Under the pieces are notes generated by a model, which was given only the letters and a program-made list of their open reading frames with translations, did not search any database and had not been told where the DNA came from. From a phage, in sequence record NC_101837.1: a stretch of DNA of 64,000 nucleotides; one strand, written 5' to 3'. Below, piece by piece: positions 1-8,162 of the stretch. Each line of letters begins with the position of its first letter. The first letter of the stretch is position 1. The position numbers and the translations under genes are program-made.

Positions 1-5
1 ACTGC

Positions 6-800
6 TTGCACACAATTAAGTGTAAAGCTAATGCAGTCCTTAATTATCTCGGTATTCCGGAAGATCGGTGCGTGGGGGTACTTGGAGGCACAGGTAATTT
101 CAGACTAGATCTTCCCATGCCGGAAAGATATAAAGCCAACCGTAACAATACTCTTCGACCACTGCTGCTTGGAGATGCAAGACAGTATCTCCAAAAGCAG
201 TATAATGCTCAAGTGATCAACGGTATCGAGGCTGACGACTGGTTAGCTATCCAGCAATTTGAAGGTTGGAACCACTACCAAAAAACAGGTAAGTTCAACA
301 AGTTTATTATCTCTATTGATAAGGACCAAAGAACACTACCGGGGCTTGTGTTCGATCCCATGCGAAACGATAAGGGAGATTTTGTAAGAGAAACCCCTAT
401 GCTGATCGATAACGGTATGGGGAACATCTTCATGAAGCCTAATGGAGAGGTTGGTGGTTACGGAATGCTGTTCTTCGGATACCAAATGCTGTGTGGTGAC
501 TCTGCTGACAACATTAAGCCGTATCAAGGACTTATCGGTAAGGGTAAGTTCGGAGATGCCTCAGCATTCTACCTACTGTCTCAGTGCAGCACTCCAAAGG
601 AGATGTGGGTGGCTATTATTGATCAGTACAAGAAGTGGTTCCCAAAAGGTGTTGTTAAGTATACTGACTTCAATGGTATTGATCGTAGAATTTCCGTAGG
701 TCAGTGGATGAGTATAATTTTTGACTGTTTGTATATGAAGCGAACATTCAATGATCAAACAAAACTTGTTAACGTTCTTAGAAATGTTGGAGCAATTTGA
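6..800 (+). CDS. 5'-3' exonuclease / flap endonuclease, C-terminal part; gene starts upstream of window
   Basis: GIEADD acidic motif and H3TH-like GDSADNIKPYQGLIGKGK; reading frame is open to the window edge. Confidence 0.6.
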   Translation: MHTIKCKANAVLNYLGIPEDRCVGVLGGTGNFRLDLPMPERYKANRNNTLRPLLLGDARQYLQKQYNAQVINGIEADDWLAIQQFEGWNHYQKTGKFNKFIISIDKDQRTLPGLVFDPMRNDKGDFVRETPMLIDNGMGNIFMKPNGEVGGYGMLFFGYQMLCGDSADNIKPYQGLIGKGKFGDASAFYLLSQCSTPKEMWVAIIDQYKKWFPKGVVKYTDFNGIDRRISVGQWMSIIFDCLYMKRTFNDQTKLVNVLRNVGAI

Positions 801-1132
801 TGACTAAAAATTCTGTAGATAACGCAATTATGGAAGCTGTTTTTGAGGATGATCACACAACAGGGGCACTTAAAACAAAAAATACATTCGTTGTTGCCAC
901 AGGTATGTGGCGGTTGTATGAAGATGACACCATTTCATACATCCTGTACACGGATGATTACGCAGATGACCGTGTATGGTCTGCTGTTTTAAAAGAGGAT
1001 TGTGAGCTGATTGAGGGCGAGCGGTTATGCATGTTCACCAGTGTGGAAACAGATGTTAAGCTTTGCTCTCTCGTCTTGTTCAAAGATAAGGCTTATGCTC
1101 CTGATGAAGGAGAGGAGGACGAGGAAGCATGA
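797..1132 (+). CDS. hypothetical acidic protein
   Basis: 111 aa ORF, start overlaps upstream stop (ATGA), acidic C-terminus. Confidence 0.4.
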   Translation: MMTKNSVDNAIMEAVFEDDHTTGALKTKNTFVVATGMWRLYEDDTISYILYTDDYADDRVWSAVLKEDCELIEGERLCMFTSVETDVKLCSLVLFKDKAYAPDEGEEDEEA

Positions 1133-1758
1133 GAGAGCGTCTATTATCCATAGACCAGTCGTTGACACACACAGCTTGCGTTGTATGGGACGATGGAAAG
1201 CCTGTTCATAAGGTTGTGTTACGAACTCAAAGCTCATCTGCAAAAGAGAAGAAACCAGGGACGGTTTCTTTTGCAACAGCTGCTGAGCGTATTGACTGGA
1301 TCTGCAAACAGGTCAGGTATTATATCCACACGTACGGCGTTGACACCGTAGTTATGGAAGGGCTTTCCTTTGGATCACGCGGAGATGCCACACGTGAACT
1401 GGCTGGGTTGTTTTACGGTCTTGAAGTTATGCTTTGGGATGCTTTAGCTGATTGTGAAAATGACGGCCTGTTTAAGGTCCACACAGTGACACCAACAACT
1501 GCCAAAAAGTTTGCTCGTAGTCATCTTCCTGAGGAACTTGCTTTCGAGGAGAAGAAAAAGCTTGACAAAAAGACAGGTAAAGAGCATACTGTGAAGAAAC
1601 CTGTTACGATGGATAAAAAGTTGATGGTTAAGGCCTGCGAAGTATCTGAACCTGGGTTCCTAGATGGGATCAATTTGGTACAAGGTAAGGCCGATCTCGC
1701 AGATGCTTATTGGATAGGCAGGGCGCATCTGGAGGGATTATCGCAAAGCGTAAAATAA
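1129..1758 (+). CDS. putative RNase H-fold nuclease (RuvC-like resolvase?)
   Basis: N-terminal SIDQSLTHTACVVWDD and VVMEGLSFG resemble RuvC-type catalytic strands; weak. Confidence 0.3.
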   Translation: MRERLLSIDQSLTHTACVVWDDGKPVHKVVLRTQSSSAKEKKPGTVSFATAAERIDWICKQVRYYIHTYGVDTVVMEGLSFGSRGDATRELAGLFYGLEVMLWDALADCENDGLFKVHTVTPTTAKKFARSHLPEELAFEEKKKLDKKTGKEHTVKKPVTMDKKLMVKACEVSEPGFLDGINLVQGKADLADAYWIGRAHLEGLSQSVK

Positions 1759-2315
1759 GAAAGAGAGCTGTCAAAGCCCCCGTTCATAACGGGTGGTTAA
1801 AAGATTCTAAGGACATAGCCAACTTTCGAAAAGAATTGTCAGAGGAGCAGGATGGTCTTGATCCGATCTTGTGCGAGCCACTTCGTAAGCCTTGTTTGGA
1901 TCATGACCATCTGACTGGTCGTTGCAGGGGTGTTTTGTCACAATGCACTAATACCTTTGAGGGGTATGTGCTTAAATACTGGATGAAATACTGTAACGAG
2001 TATACAGATTGCAGTTTATCAGAGGCGTTGCGCCGGATGGCTGACTATTTGGAGAAAGACTACAGCGACTTCCCGCTCCACAAAAACTACAGAGATGATA
2101 TGACAAAGTTCTTGAGGAGATGCTCTAAAGCTACGATCATTGCACGAGCAGAATCAGATCTCAATCTTGTCATTAATCCAGAGTGCACCAAGCATGAGGC
2201 TATTGAGTTCTACATGCAAGAGTTTATAAAGAAAACTGAGGAGAGAGATTTCTATGGGGATGAAAAAGGTATTCAATCCTTGCGACTCAGTCCTGATCAG
2301 GATGAAATACCGTAA
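1710..2315 (+). CDS. endonuclease VII-like (HNH-type) recombination endonuclease; true start likely downstream of 1710
   Basis: CEPLRKPCLDHDHLTGRCRGVLSQCTN matches Endonuclease_7 pattern C..C..DHDH.TG..RG.L..CN. Confidence 0.65.
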   Translation: MDRQGASGGIIAKRKIRKRAVKAPVHNGWLKDSKDIANFRKELSEEQDGLDPILCEPLRKPCLDHDHLTGRCRGVLSQCTNTFEGYVLKYWMKYCNEYTDCSLSEALRRMADYLEKDYSDFPLHKNYRDDMTKFLRRCSKATIIARAESDLNLVINPECTKHEAIEFYMQEFIKKTEERDFYGDEKGIQSLRLSPDQDEIP

Positions 2316-2475
2316 CTGGAAAGGTGTTGTTGCAGATCGCTGCGTTACTGAGCCTAATTTATGGTTTGGCTCTACAGAGTATCATAAAGAAGAGCAGTGG
2401 TTGATGCGTGCCTTCGATGTAGACAAGGGCGAATATCGTGACTTCGCTTTAAAAGACATTCTTCAGTTTTACTAA
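2254..2475 (+). CDS. hypothetical small protein
   Basis: 73 aa ORF; overlaps end of previous ORF in another frame. Confidence 0.3.
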   Translation: MGMKKVFNPCDSVLIRMKYRNWKGVVADRCVTEPNLWFGSTEYHKEEQWLMRAFDVDKGEYRDFALKDILQFY

Positions 2476-2487
2476 GGAATCTTAACG

Positions 2488-3471
2488 ATGATGACAAAGT
2501 TAACTCTTGAGCAAATTTTAACACTAAAGCAACAGGGATACACTAATAGACAAATTGCTCGTGAATTTTTAGGCCGTGAGTCACGTGAGAGCTGGATCCG
2601 ACTACAGCTTAAACGTGCACAGGAGAATATGTCAGAGATTGTAGGAGAAGCAACGGAGCGCTTCCTTGAAGAGCACAAAGGTGCTAAAGTTTGGGTGTAT
2701 GATACAGAGACATCTCCAACAAACGGCTGGTTCTTTGGGCACTATAAGACCAACATTCAAACCTGCGGTATTGAAATTATGCCCTACATGCTAACTTTCG
2801 CAGGTAAGTGGTTAGACAGTCCTAGTGTGGTTGACTGCGCTCTTCCCGATTACAAAATGTGGGATGAGGATATTCACAATGATCTCGAATTGATTCAGGA
2901 TTTGTGGTATTATCTAGATAAATGTGATGTCGCAGTAGCCCACAATTCAGGTTTTGACTGTGGGTGGGCCAACCAACGATTTGCATTTCACGGGTTGCCT
3001 CCAACAAGCCCCTACAAAGAGGTTGACACCCTTAAAATGATCAAGAAGGCATTCCGTTTGAATGCAAACACTTTGGAGTATGCATGCAAATACTTCCAAC
3101 TGGCCCGACAGAAACTGATTGATCACACATTTGAAATGTGGATCAAGTGTGTCCATGGTGATCTTGAGGCATTTAAACAGATGCGGGAGTATAATGTTGG
3201 TGATATCCTGTCTCTGGAAGGACTGTATTTGCTGGCTCGCCCGTTTGCTAAGCAGCACCCAAACATGTCATTGTACTATCAAGACGAGGAGCCAAAAGTT
3301 CGTTGTCCACGCTGTGGTGGAGAACACCTTCACGAGGAAGAAGCTTTGGCGTATACTCAACTGAGTGCATTTAAAACATACCGCTGCGAAGGTTGTGGAT
3401 CTGTTGTTCGTGACCGTAACAACATCCGCACCAGAGAAGAAATGAAAAACACCCTGATTCAGATAATCTAA
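2488..3471 (+). CDS. DEDDh 3'-5' exonuclease (DnaQ-like) with C-terminal zinc ribbon
   Basis: Exo motifs YDTETS, AHNSGFDCGW, H..D; C-terminal CPRCGG...CEGCG. Confidence 0.55.
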   Translation: MMTKLTLEQILTLKQQGYTNRQIAREFLGRESRESWIRLQLKRAQENMSEIVGEATERFLEEHKGAKVWVYDTETSPTNGWFFGHYKTNIQTCGIEIMPYMLTFAGKWLDSPSVVDCALPDYKMWDEDIHNDLELIQDLWYYLDKCDVAVAHNSGFDCGWANQRFAFHGLPPTSPYKEVDTLKMIKKAFRLNANTLEYACKYFQLARQKLIDHTFEMWIKCVHGDLEAFKQMREYNVGDILSLEGLYLLARPFAKQHPNMSLYYQDEEPKVRCPRCGGEHLHEEEALAYTQLSAFKTYRCEGCGSVVRDRNNIRTREEMKNTLIQII

Positions 3472-3479
3472 CAATTATA

Positions 3480-3501
3480 GGGAGGCTTGCGCCTCCCTTT
3501 T
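3480..3501 (+). terminator. intrinsic terminator
   Basis: GGGAGGC-ttgc-GCCTCCC hairpin followed by TTTT. Confidence 0.55.
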
Positions 3502-3516
3502 CCTCTTGGAGGCACT

Positions 3517-4335
3517 TTGAGCAAGAAAGAGTCCAACGACAAATACTACACAAACCCTGAGTATGCAGAATATCTTGTTGGTAAAGTAAAAGATAAGTAT
3601 GGGAATTGTGCATACGTTGAGCCTTCTGCTGGAAGGGGTTCTTTTTCAAAACTATTTTCAGAGATACTGTCGTACGATTTAGTACCAGATCCTGAATTTG
3701 AAGGACCAACACCGTGCATTCAGGCAAACTTCTTGGAGGTGCATCCCAAGGCAGATGTCTTCATAGGTAACCCACCATTTGGCAAGAATTCATCCTTAGC
3801 TTGCAAATTCTTTAACCATTGTGCATCATTGCTAGAGCTTGGAGGGGCTATAGCCTTCATCTTGCCACGGACATTTGAAAAAATATTTTTTGCAAACAAA
3901 CTGGACATGTCGATGCACCTTGTCTACAGCGAAAGGTGCCCTAAGAATTCGTTTTTACTTAATGGCAAACCTTATGACGTGCCATGTGTTTTCCAAATTT
4001 GGGAGAAAAAGGCGTGCAATAGGGATCCTGTAGAGATTGGAGAGAATAAGTTATTTTCTTTTAGCACACCAGATGACTACGACTTCTGTGTAAGACGTGT
4101 TGGGTATAATGCTGGAAAAGTATTGGGGGATGATGACCCAAAATCTGAAGAATCAACATATTTCATAAAATCTTTAGTTGACGGTGTTGACAGAGTGTTT
4201 GCTGAATGCTATTCTTCTTTTCAAGAAGAAGCAGGTAAGACTGCTGGAATGAAGAGTATAGGTAAGAAAGAACTACAATACATTTTGGAGACCAGGTATG
4301 ATCAAAAGCATAGACTTGACCAAAGAACTTACTGA
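3517..4335 (+). CDS. DNA N6-adenine methyltransferase (gamma-class); start reassigned to in-frame TTG after GGAGG
   Basis: Motif X YYTNPEYA, motif I YVEPSAGRGSF, motif IV GNPPFG; the ORF-track start lies inside the upstream terminator. Confidence 0.6.
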   Translation: MSKKESNDKYYTNPEYAEYLVGKVKDKYGNCAYVEPSAGRGSFSKLFSEILSYDLVPDPEFEGPTPCIQANFLEVHPKADVFIGNPPFGKNSSLACKFFNHCASLLELGGAIAFILPRTFEKIFFANKLDMSMHLVYSERCPKNSFLLNGKPYDVPCVFQIWEKKACNRDPVEIGENKLFSFSTPDDYDFCVRRVGYNAGKVLGDDDPKSEESTYFIKSLVDGVDRVFAECYSSFQEEAGKTAGMKSIGKKELQYILETRYDQKHRLDQRTY

Positions 4336-4756
4336 TGCAAAAGCTTTTGGTGAGACAGCGGTACAAAGAGGACAGGCGATGGGACTGGCACTACCTTTCG
4401 TCTTAAAAGAGCACTTTACAGATTTTCAACTTATCAAAGGTGATAAGGGAATGCTTATCCTGGAGCATAAGTTGAGTAAGAAACGCTATAAAGTCGTTTT
4501 TAATTCTAAAGCTCCAACAAAACTGGGATTCAGAACTTACAATCTTAACCCATCCTACACTAAGGGTGTTGGAAGGGTAGAACAACAGCATTTCAGTGCC
4601 AGAGCTTCTTTAGCCCCTTTGATGCTAAATTTCTCAGGGGTGGCTTTAGGATACCTTGATAAGAAAAGGGTTCTTCATGTTCGTTTCACAGACTTTGTAA
4701 CGCTTTTAGCTAACAACGAGGTTGATGAGAAGGGACGTGTAAAAACAAACTTCTAA
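4298..4756 (+). CDS. hypothetical protein
   Basis: 152 aa ORF on coding strand of operon. Confidence 0.4.
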   Translation: MIKSIDLTKELTDAKAFGETAVQRGQAMGLALPFVLKEHFTDFQLIKGDKGMLILEHKLSKKRYKVVFNSKAPTKLGFRTYNLNPSYTKGVGRVEQQHFSARASLAPLMLNFSGVALGYLDKKRVLHVRFTDFVTLLANNEVDEKGRVKTNF

Positions 4757-4771
4757 TAACGCATAGTATGA

Positions 4772-4975
4772 TTGGAGACCGAAATGACACTAGAGTTAAC
4801 AATTCCAGACAGCTTTTCAGAAAACTTTATCCCAGAAATGATGAGTAAGATGCGATCATTGCTTGATCAGATTGAGGAGGCTGTTTGGGAAGACGATGCT
4901 GTAGTGGCTAACGAGCTGGTAGATAAGTGTAAAAGTATTATTGATGCAGTTGAAGAATACCACGGAGGTTTTTAA
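4772..4975 (+). CDS. hypothetical small acidic protein
   Basis: 67 aa ORF, stop overlaps next start. Confidence 0.4.
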   Translation: METEMTLELTIPDSFSENFIPEMMSKMRSLLDQIEEAVWEDDAVVANELVDKCKSIIDAVEEYHGGF

Positions 4976-5589
4976 TGGATATTATTGTTCTTAACGCCCC
5001 ACCCAGCAGTGGTAAGGATCACATTGCAGATCTCTTGTTGGAAGCTATTCCTAACTCACACCACCGTGAGGTTAAGGAAATGCTCTTCAGTGTGGCAATT
5101 AAGGCAGCTGGTGTAACTCCTCAACTCTGGAATGCACTTTATGACCGCCACTACAAAGAAGAGCCTTGCCCTTTCTTAATGATAGACGGCAAGCATGTTT
5201 CTCCGCGAGAATGGATGATCCATTGTAGTGAAGATCTGATTAAACCTATCTTTGGTGAAGATGCTTTCGGTAAAGCCGCAGTCGCATCTTTGAAGAAAGA
5301 TTTTCCTGAAAGTAAAGGGGTTATTGTTTACTCCGATGGTGGATTTAAAGAGGAGCTGGCATGCCTTAGCGAGTACGCATACAGCACAGGTGGAGATCTG
5401 TTGTTGTTCCGTATTCACCGTGTAGGATATGACTGGGGAAATGATTCCAGAACCTATCTAAGTCTGGAAAAGAACGGAATAAAAGGGGTTGAGTTTGATG
5501 TTGTAAACCCTGAAGGTGCACCTTGGGAGTGTGCATCGGAGATTGTGTGCAAGTATATTGATGCTAAAGAGGCCCAAGAAGAATGTTAA
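4975..5589 (+). CDS. deoxynucleoside monophosphate kinase-like P-loop protein
   Basis: N-terminus MDIIVLNAPPSSGKDHIADLL resembles phage dNMP kinase N-terminus (..SG..SGKD..AD). Confidence 0.5.
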   Translation: MDIIVLNAPPSSGKDHIADLLLEAIPNSHHREVKEMLFSVAIKAAGVTPQLWNALYDRHYKEEPCPFLMIDGKHVSPREWMIHCSEDLIKPIFGEDAFGKAAVASLKKDFPESKGVIVYSDGGFKEELACLSEYAYSTGGDLLLFRIHRVGYDWGNDSRTYLSLEKNGIKGVEFDVVNPEGAPWECASEIVCKYIDAKEAQEEC

Positions 5590-6176
5590 TCGGAATTGAT
5601 GTAGATTTGACACTGGTAGATTCAGGAACAGCATGGTGGGAGTGGTTGGAGCGTTTGTATGGTCCAGCCAGTAAGACAGTCGCTAAACCTTCTAACGGAC
5701 TGATGTATTACGATCTGTCAAAGTATTGGCCTGATCGCCCCAAAGAAAACATCATAGGGCCTTTTGATTTCTGGAGTGACCCGTTCCTTTACGACTTTCT
5801 TAAGCCTGAAGAGGGGGCTATTGAGGTTATGAAAGATTTGGTGGCTCGTGGTCACAAGCTTGCGTTTATCTCGGTATGCAAGAAAGGTCACCTTGCATCT
5901 AAATCAAGGTTCTTAAAGCGTTGGACCAGTGATTTTATGGATCTGGACGATCACACCCAGGGCCACGGATTCTACGCCACACATTTCAAAGGGAATGTGG
6001 CTGTAGATGTTATAATTGACGACAGGCATGAATACCTGAACCAATTCGCTTCACGACCTGAAGTTATTAAAATCCTAAAAGATACGCCTTATGAGCAATT
6101 CGAGGAGTTAAAGGTCAGTATTGACTATGCCGCTAATAGCTGGTATAAAATAGGAAAGTTTTTAGAAGGTATTTGA
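5583..6176 (+). CDS. HAD-family 5'(3')-deoxyribonucleotidase-like
   Basis: N-terminal HAD motif I GIDVDLTL (DxDxT). Confidence 0.5.
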   Translation: MLIGIDVDLTLVDSGTAWWEWLERLYGPASKTVAKPSNGLMYYDLSKYWPDRPKENIIGPFDFWSDPFLYDFLKPEEGAIEVMKDLVARGHKLAFISVCKKGHLASKSRFLKRWTSDFMDLDDHTQGHGFYATHFKGNVAVDVIIDDRHEYLNQFASRPEVIKILKDTPYEQFEELKVSIDYAANSWYKIGKFLEGI

Positions 6177-6177
6177 A

Positions 6178-6378
6178 ATGGGCAGATGTTCTAAAGGTGG
6201 CGATCCTGTAGTCAGATACGGAGACTGGCTAGAGGTATATAATCTGGAGGGAAAGCTAGTGTATGCTTCCAGGATCACCCAGGATATGTGCTCTGATATG
6301 TTTAACAGGTACCTTGCATTTAAGGCCAACATAAACCCAGACGAAATTTCCAAAATTAAAACAAGGAGAGCTAAATAA
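6178..6378 (+). CDS. hypothetical small protein
   Basis: 66 aa ORF tightly packed between neighbours. Confidence 0.35.
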   Translation: MGRCSKGGDPVVRYGDWLEVYNLEGKLVYASRITQDMCSDMFNRYLAFKANINPDEISKIKTRRAK

Positions 6379-7361
6379 TGCTAAAACTGTGCACTGCAAA
6401 GATTATTGCTGACAGCATTTCCGAGAAAGGTAAGCGTATAACCACTTTTGAGCTAGAGTATCCTAGAATCATTCACTCTGAACTCATGACACACCGAGTT
6501 TTCAGCAGAAACGCCATGTCCTCTCGTGCAGTACCTGTTAACAAAATGCTGCAGCAGGTTGTGGAAAATCCTGCAATGCCAGTTCGTTTTGGTGTAAACC
6601 AGCGAGGTATGGAGGATGGTGGCGATCACGATCAGAAGATCCGTGTAGAGTATACTGATCTTGAGTTCTCTCCTGAAGAGTTCTGGAAAGAAGCTGCCAA
6701 AAATGCAGCCTGGCATGCAGAGAAGTTCGCACTTGCTGGTTACCATAAGCAAGTATGTAACCGCTTAGTGGAGCCTTTTCAGCGCATGAAAACAGTTGTA
6801 ACAAGCACCGAGTGGAATAATTTTTTCCACCTCCGTTGCTGGCACGATGCGGATCCTACGATTCAGATGTTGGCTAATTGTATGTGGGAGGCTCTTGGGA
6901 ATAGCACTCCTGAAATCCTTAAACCGGGTCAATGGCACACCCCATATGTAGAGCACGTTTATTTGGACGGAGAGTTTAACTACGCTGTGCGTGACACAGA
7001 AGGAAAGCTCTGCATTCTCGATACTAAAGAAGCTCTGTCTATCAGTGCTAGTTGCTGTGCACAAGTATCTTATCGAAATATTGACAGCACGTTTGAAAAG
7101 GCAGACAGCGTGGCTAAAAAATTGATTGGTGGGGATCGTATTCATGCAAGCCCTTACGAGCACCAGGCAACACCCATGGATCACGATAACGCAATGGAAC
7201 GTTTAAACTACTACCTGTCTTCATGTGAAATCACACAAGACATCAGTACTTGGCAGGAAGGTGTAACCCATCAAGACCGTGATGGTAAATTCTGGTCTGC
7301 CAACTTTTGTGGGTGGGTTCAGCACAGACAACTGCTTAATAACCACTTCGTGAAAGGTTAA
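6378..7361 (+). CDS. thyX: flavin-dependent thymidylate synthase ThyX-like
   Basis: SELMTHRVFSRNAMSSRA resembles ThyX RHR-x7-S signature (first Arg replaced by Thr); 327 aa is longer than typical ThyX. Confidence 0.6.
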   Translation: MLKLCTAKIIADSISEKGKRITTFELEYPRIIHSELMTHRVFSRNAMSSRAVPVNKMLQQVVENPAMPVRFGVNQRGMEDGGDHDQKIRVEYTDLEFSPEEFWKEAAKNAAWHAEKFALAGYHKQVCNRLVEPFQRMKTVVTSTEWNNFFHLRCWHDADPTIQMLANCMWEALGNSTPEILKPGQWHTPYVEHVYLDGEFNYAVRDTEGKLCILDTKEALSISASCCAQVSYRNIDSTFEKADSVAKKLIGGDRIHASPYEHQATPMDHDNAMERLNYYLSSCEITQDISTWQEGVTHQDRDGKFWSANFCGWVQHRQLLNNHFVKG

Positions 7362-7390
7362 TCCTATCACAGCGATAGGTAACTTTTGTG

Positions 7391-7419
7391 TTGACTAATA
7401 GTATTAGATAATCTATAAT
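7391..7419 (+). promoter_or_regulatory. sigma70-like promoter
   Basis: TTGACT-17 nt-TATAAT. Confidence 0.5.
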
Positions 7420-7459
7420 AATGGCTCACTTTGTTAGTGAGCCAGAAATGGAGACAGAT

Positions 7460-7921
7460 ATGAGTAATGTTATGATTCCTAAAAAGACATTTATTTCAGT
7501 TACTTTGGATTTCCTATCTACCGTTCCCGGGTTTAACGTTCGCACACGAAACGGTCTCCGAGCTGCACTCTTTGCCGTAGGGTTTGATTTAAAAAGTATT
7601 GATGTTCTTCGTGGAAAAAACGTTCGATGCAAAAATAAGCCAACACATTATCGAAAGGCAGATGTATTTGCTGGTGTCATGCGTGCAGACTTTAGATACC
7701 CGCAAATGTATAACGGTGTAGATATTTTAGACGTAGATAAAGCACCCGGTGAGGCAATGCTTGTGCAAGATCTTCCGTATGATATCCCTGTAGAGGATCG
7801 TGTTAATGTAAGAAAGTATACAAAACAATCTGAAAAGGCTGAAGATATTCATATTGTTGATGAACCTTTCAATTTTGAAGATCTGCATCGCCTGGAAAAA
7901 TTATTCGGTATTGAAAGCTAA
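7460..7921 (+). CDS. hypothetical protein (start moved to internal ATG downstream of promoter)
   Basis: ORF 7421-7921; the -10 box ends 1 nt before the first ATG, so internal Met (MSNVMIPKK) with GGAG RBS is more plausible. Confidence 0.4.
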   Translation: MSNVMIPKKTFISVTLDFLSTVPGFNVRTRNGLRAALFAVGFDLKSIDVLRGKNVRCKNKPTHYRKADVFAGVMRADFRYPQMYNGVDILDVDKAPGEAMLVQDLPYDIPVEDRVNVRKYTKQSEKAEDIHIVDEPFNFEDLHRLEKLFGIES

Positions 7922-7931
7922 GGTGGTGAAG

Positions 7932-8162
7932 ATGAGTCATAACTCCAAGTGGAAGGATCTTGGTTTTGCAAGTCGGGCAGAGTATGTTGGTTGGCTTTGG
8001 TTCAATGGCCTGACAAACGATATTAAAATGTATGATGATGTCTATTATGACGAGTATACAGGTAAAATTATAAATATCTCTGTAGAAGAGGATACTTTTA
8101 TCCAGCAAGATACTGATACCTGCCTTGATAAATACGTTAGTGAAGTGGAGGAAGCAAATTGA
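7932..8162 (+). CDS. hypothetical small protein
   Basis: ATG preceded by AAGGTGG RBS; ends at nrdA start. Confidence 0.35.
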   Translation: MSHNSKWKDLGFASRAEYVGWLWFNGLTNDIKMYDDVYYDEYTGKIINISVEEDTFIQQDTDTCLDKYVSEVEEAN

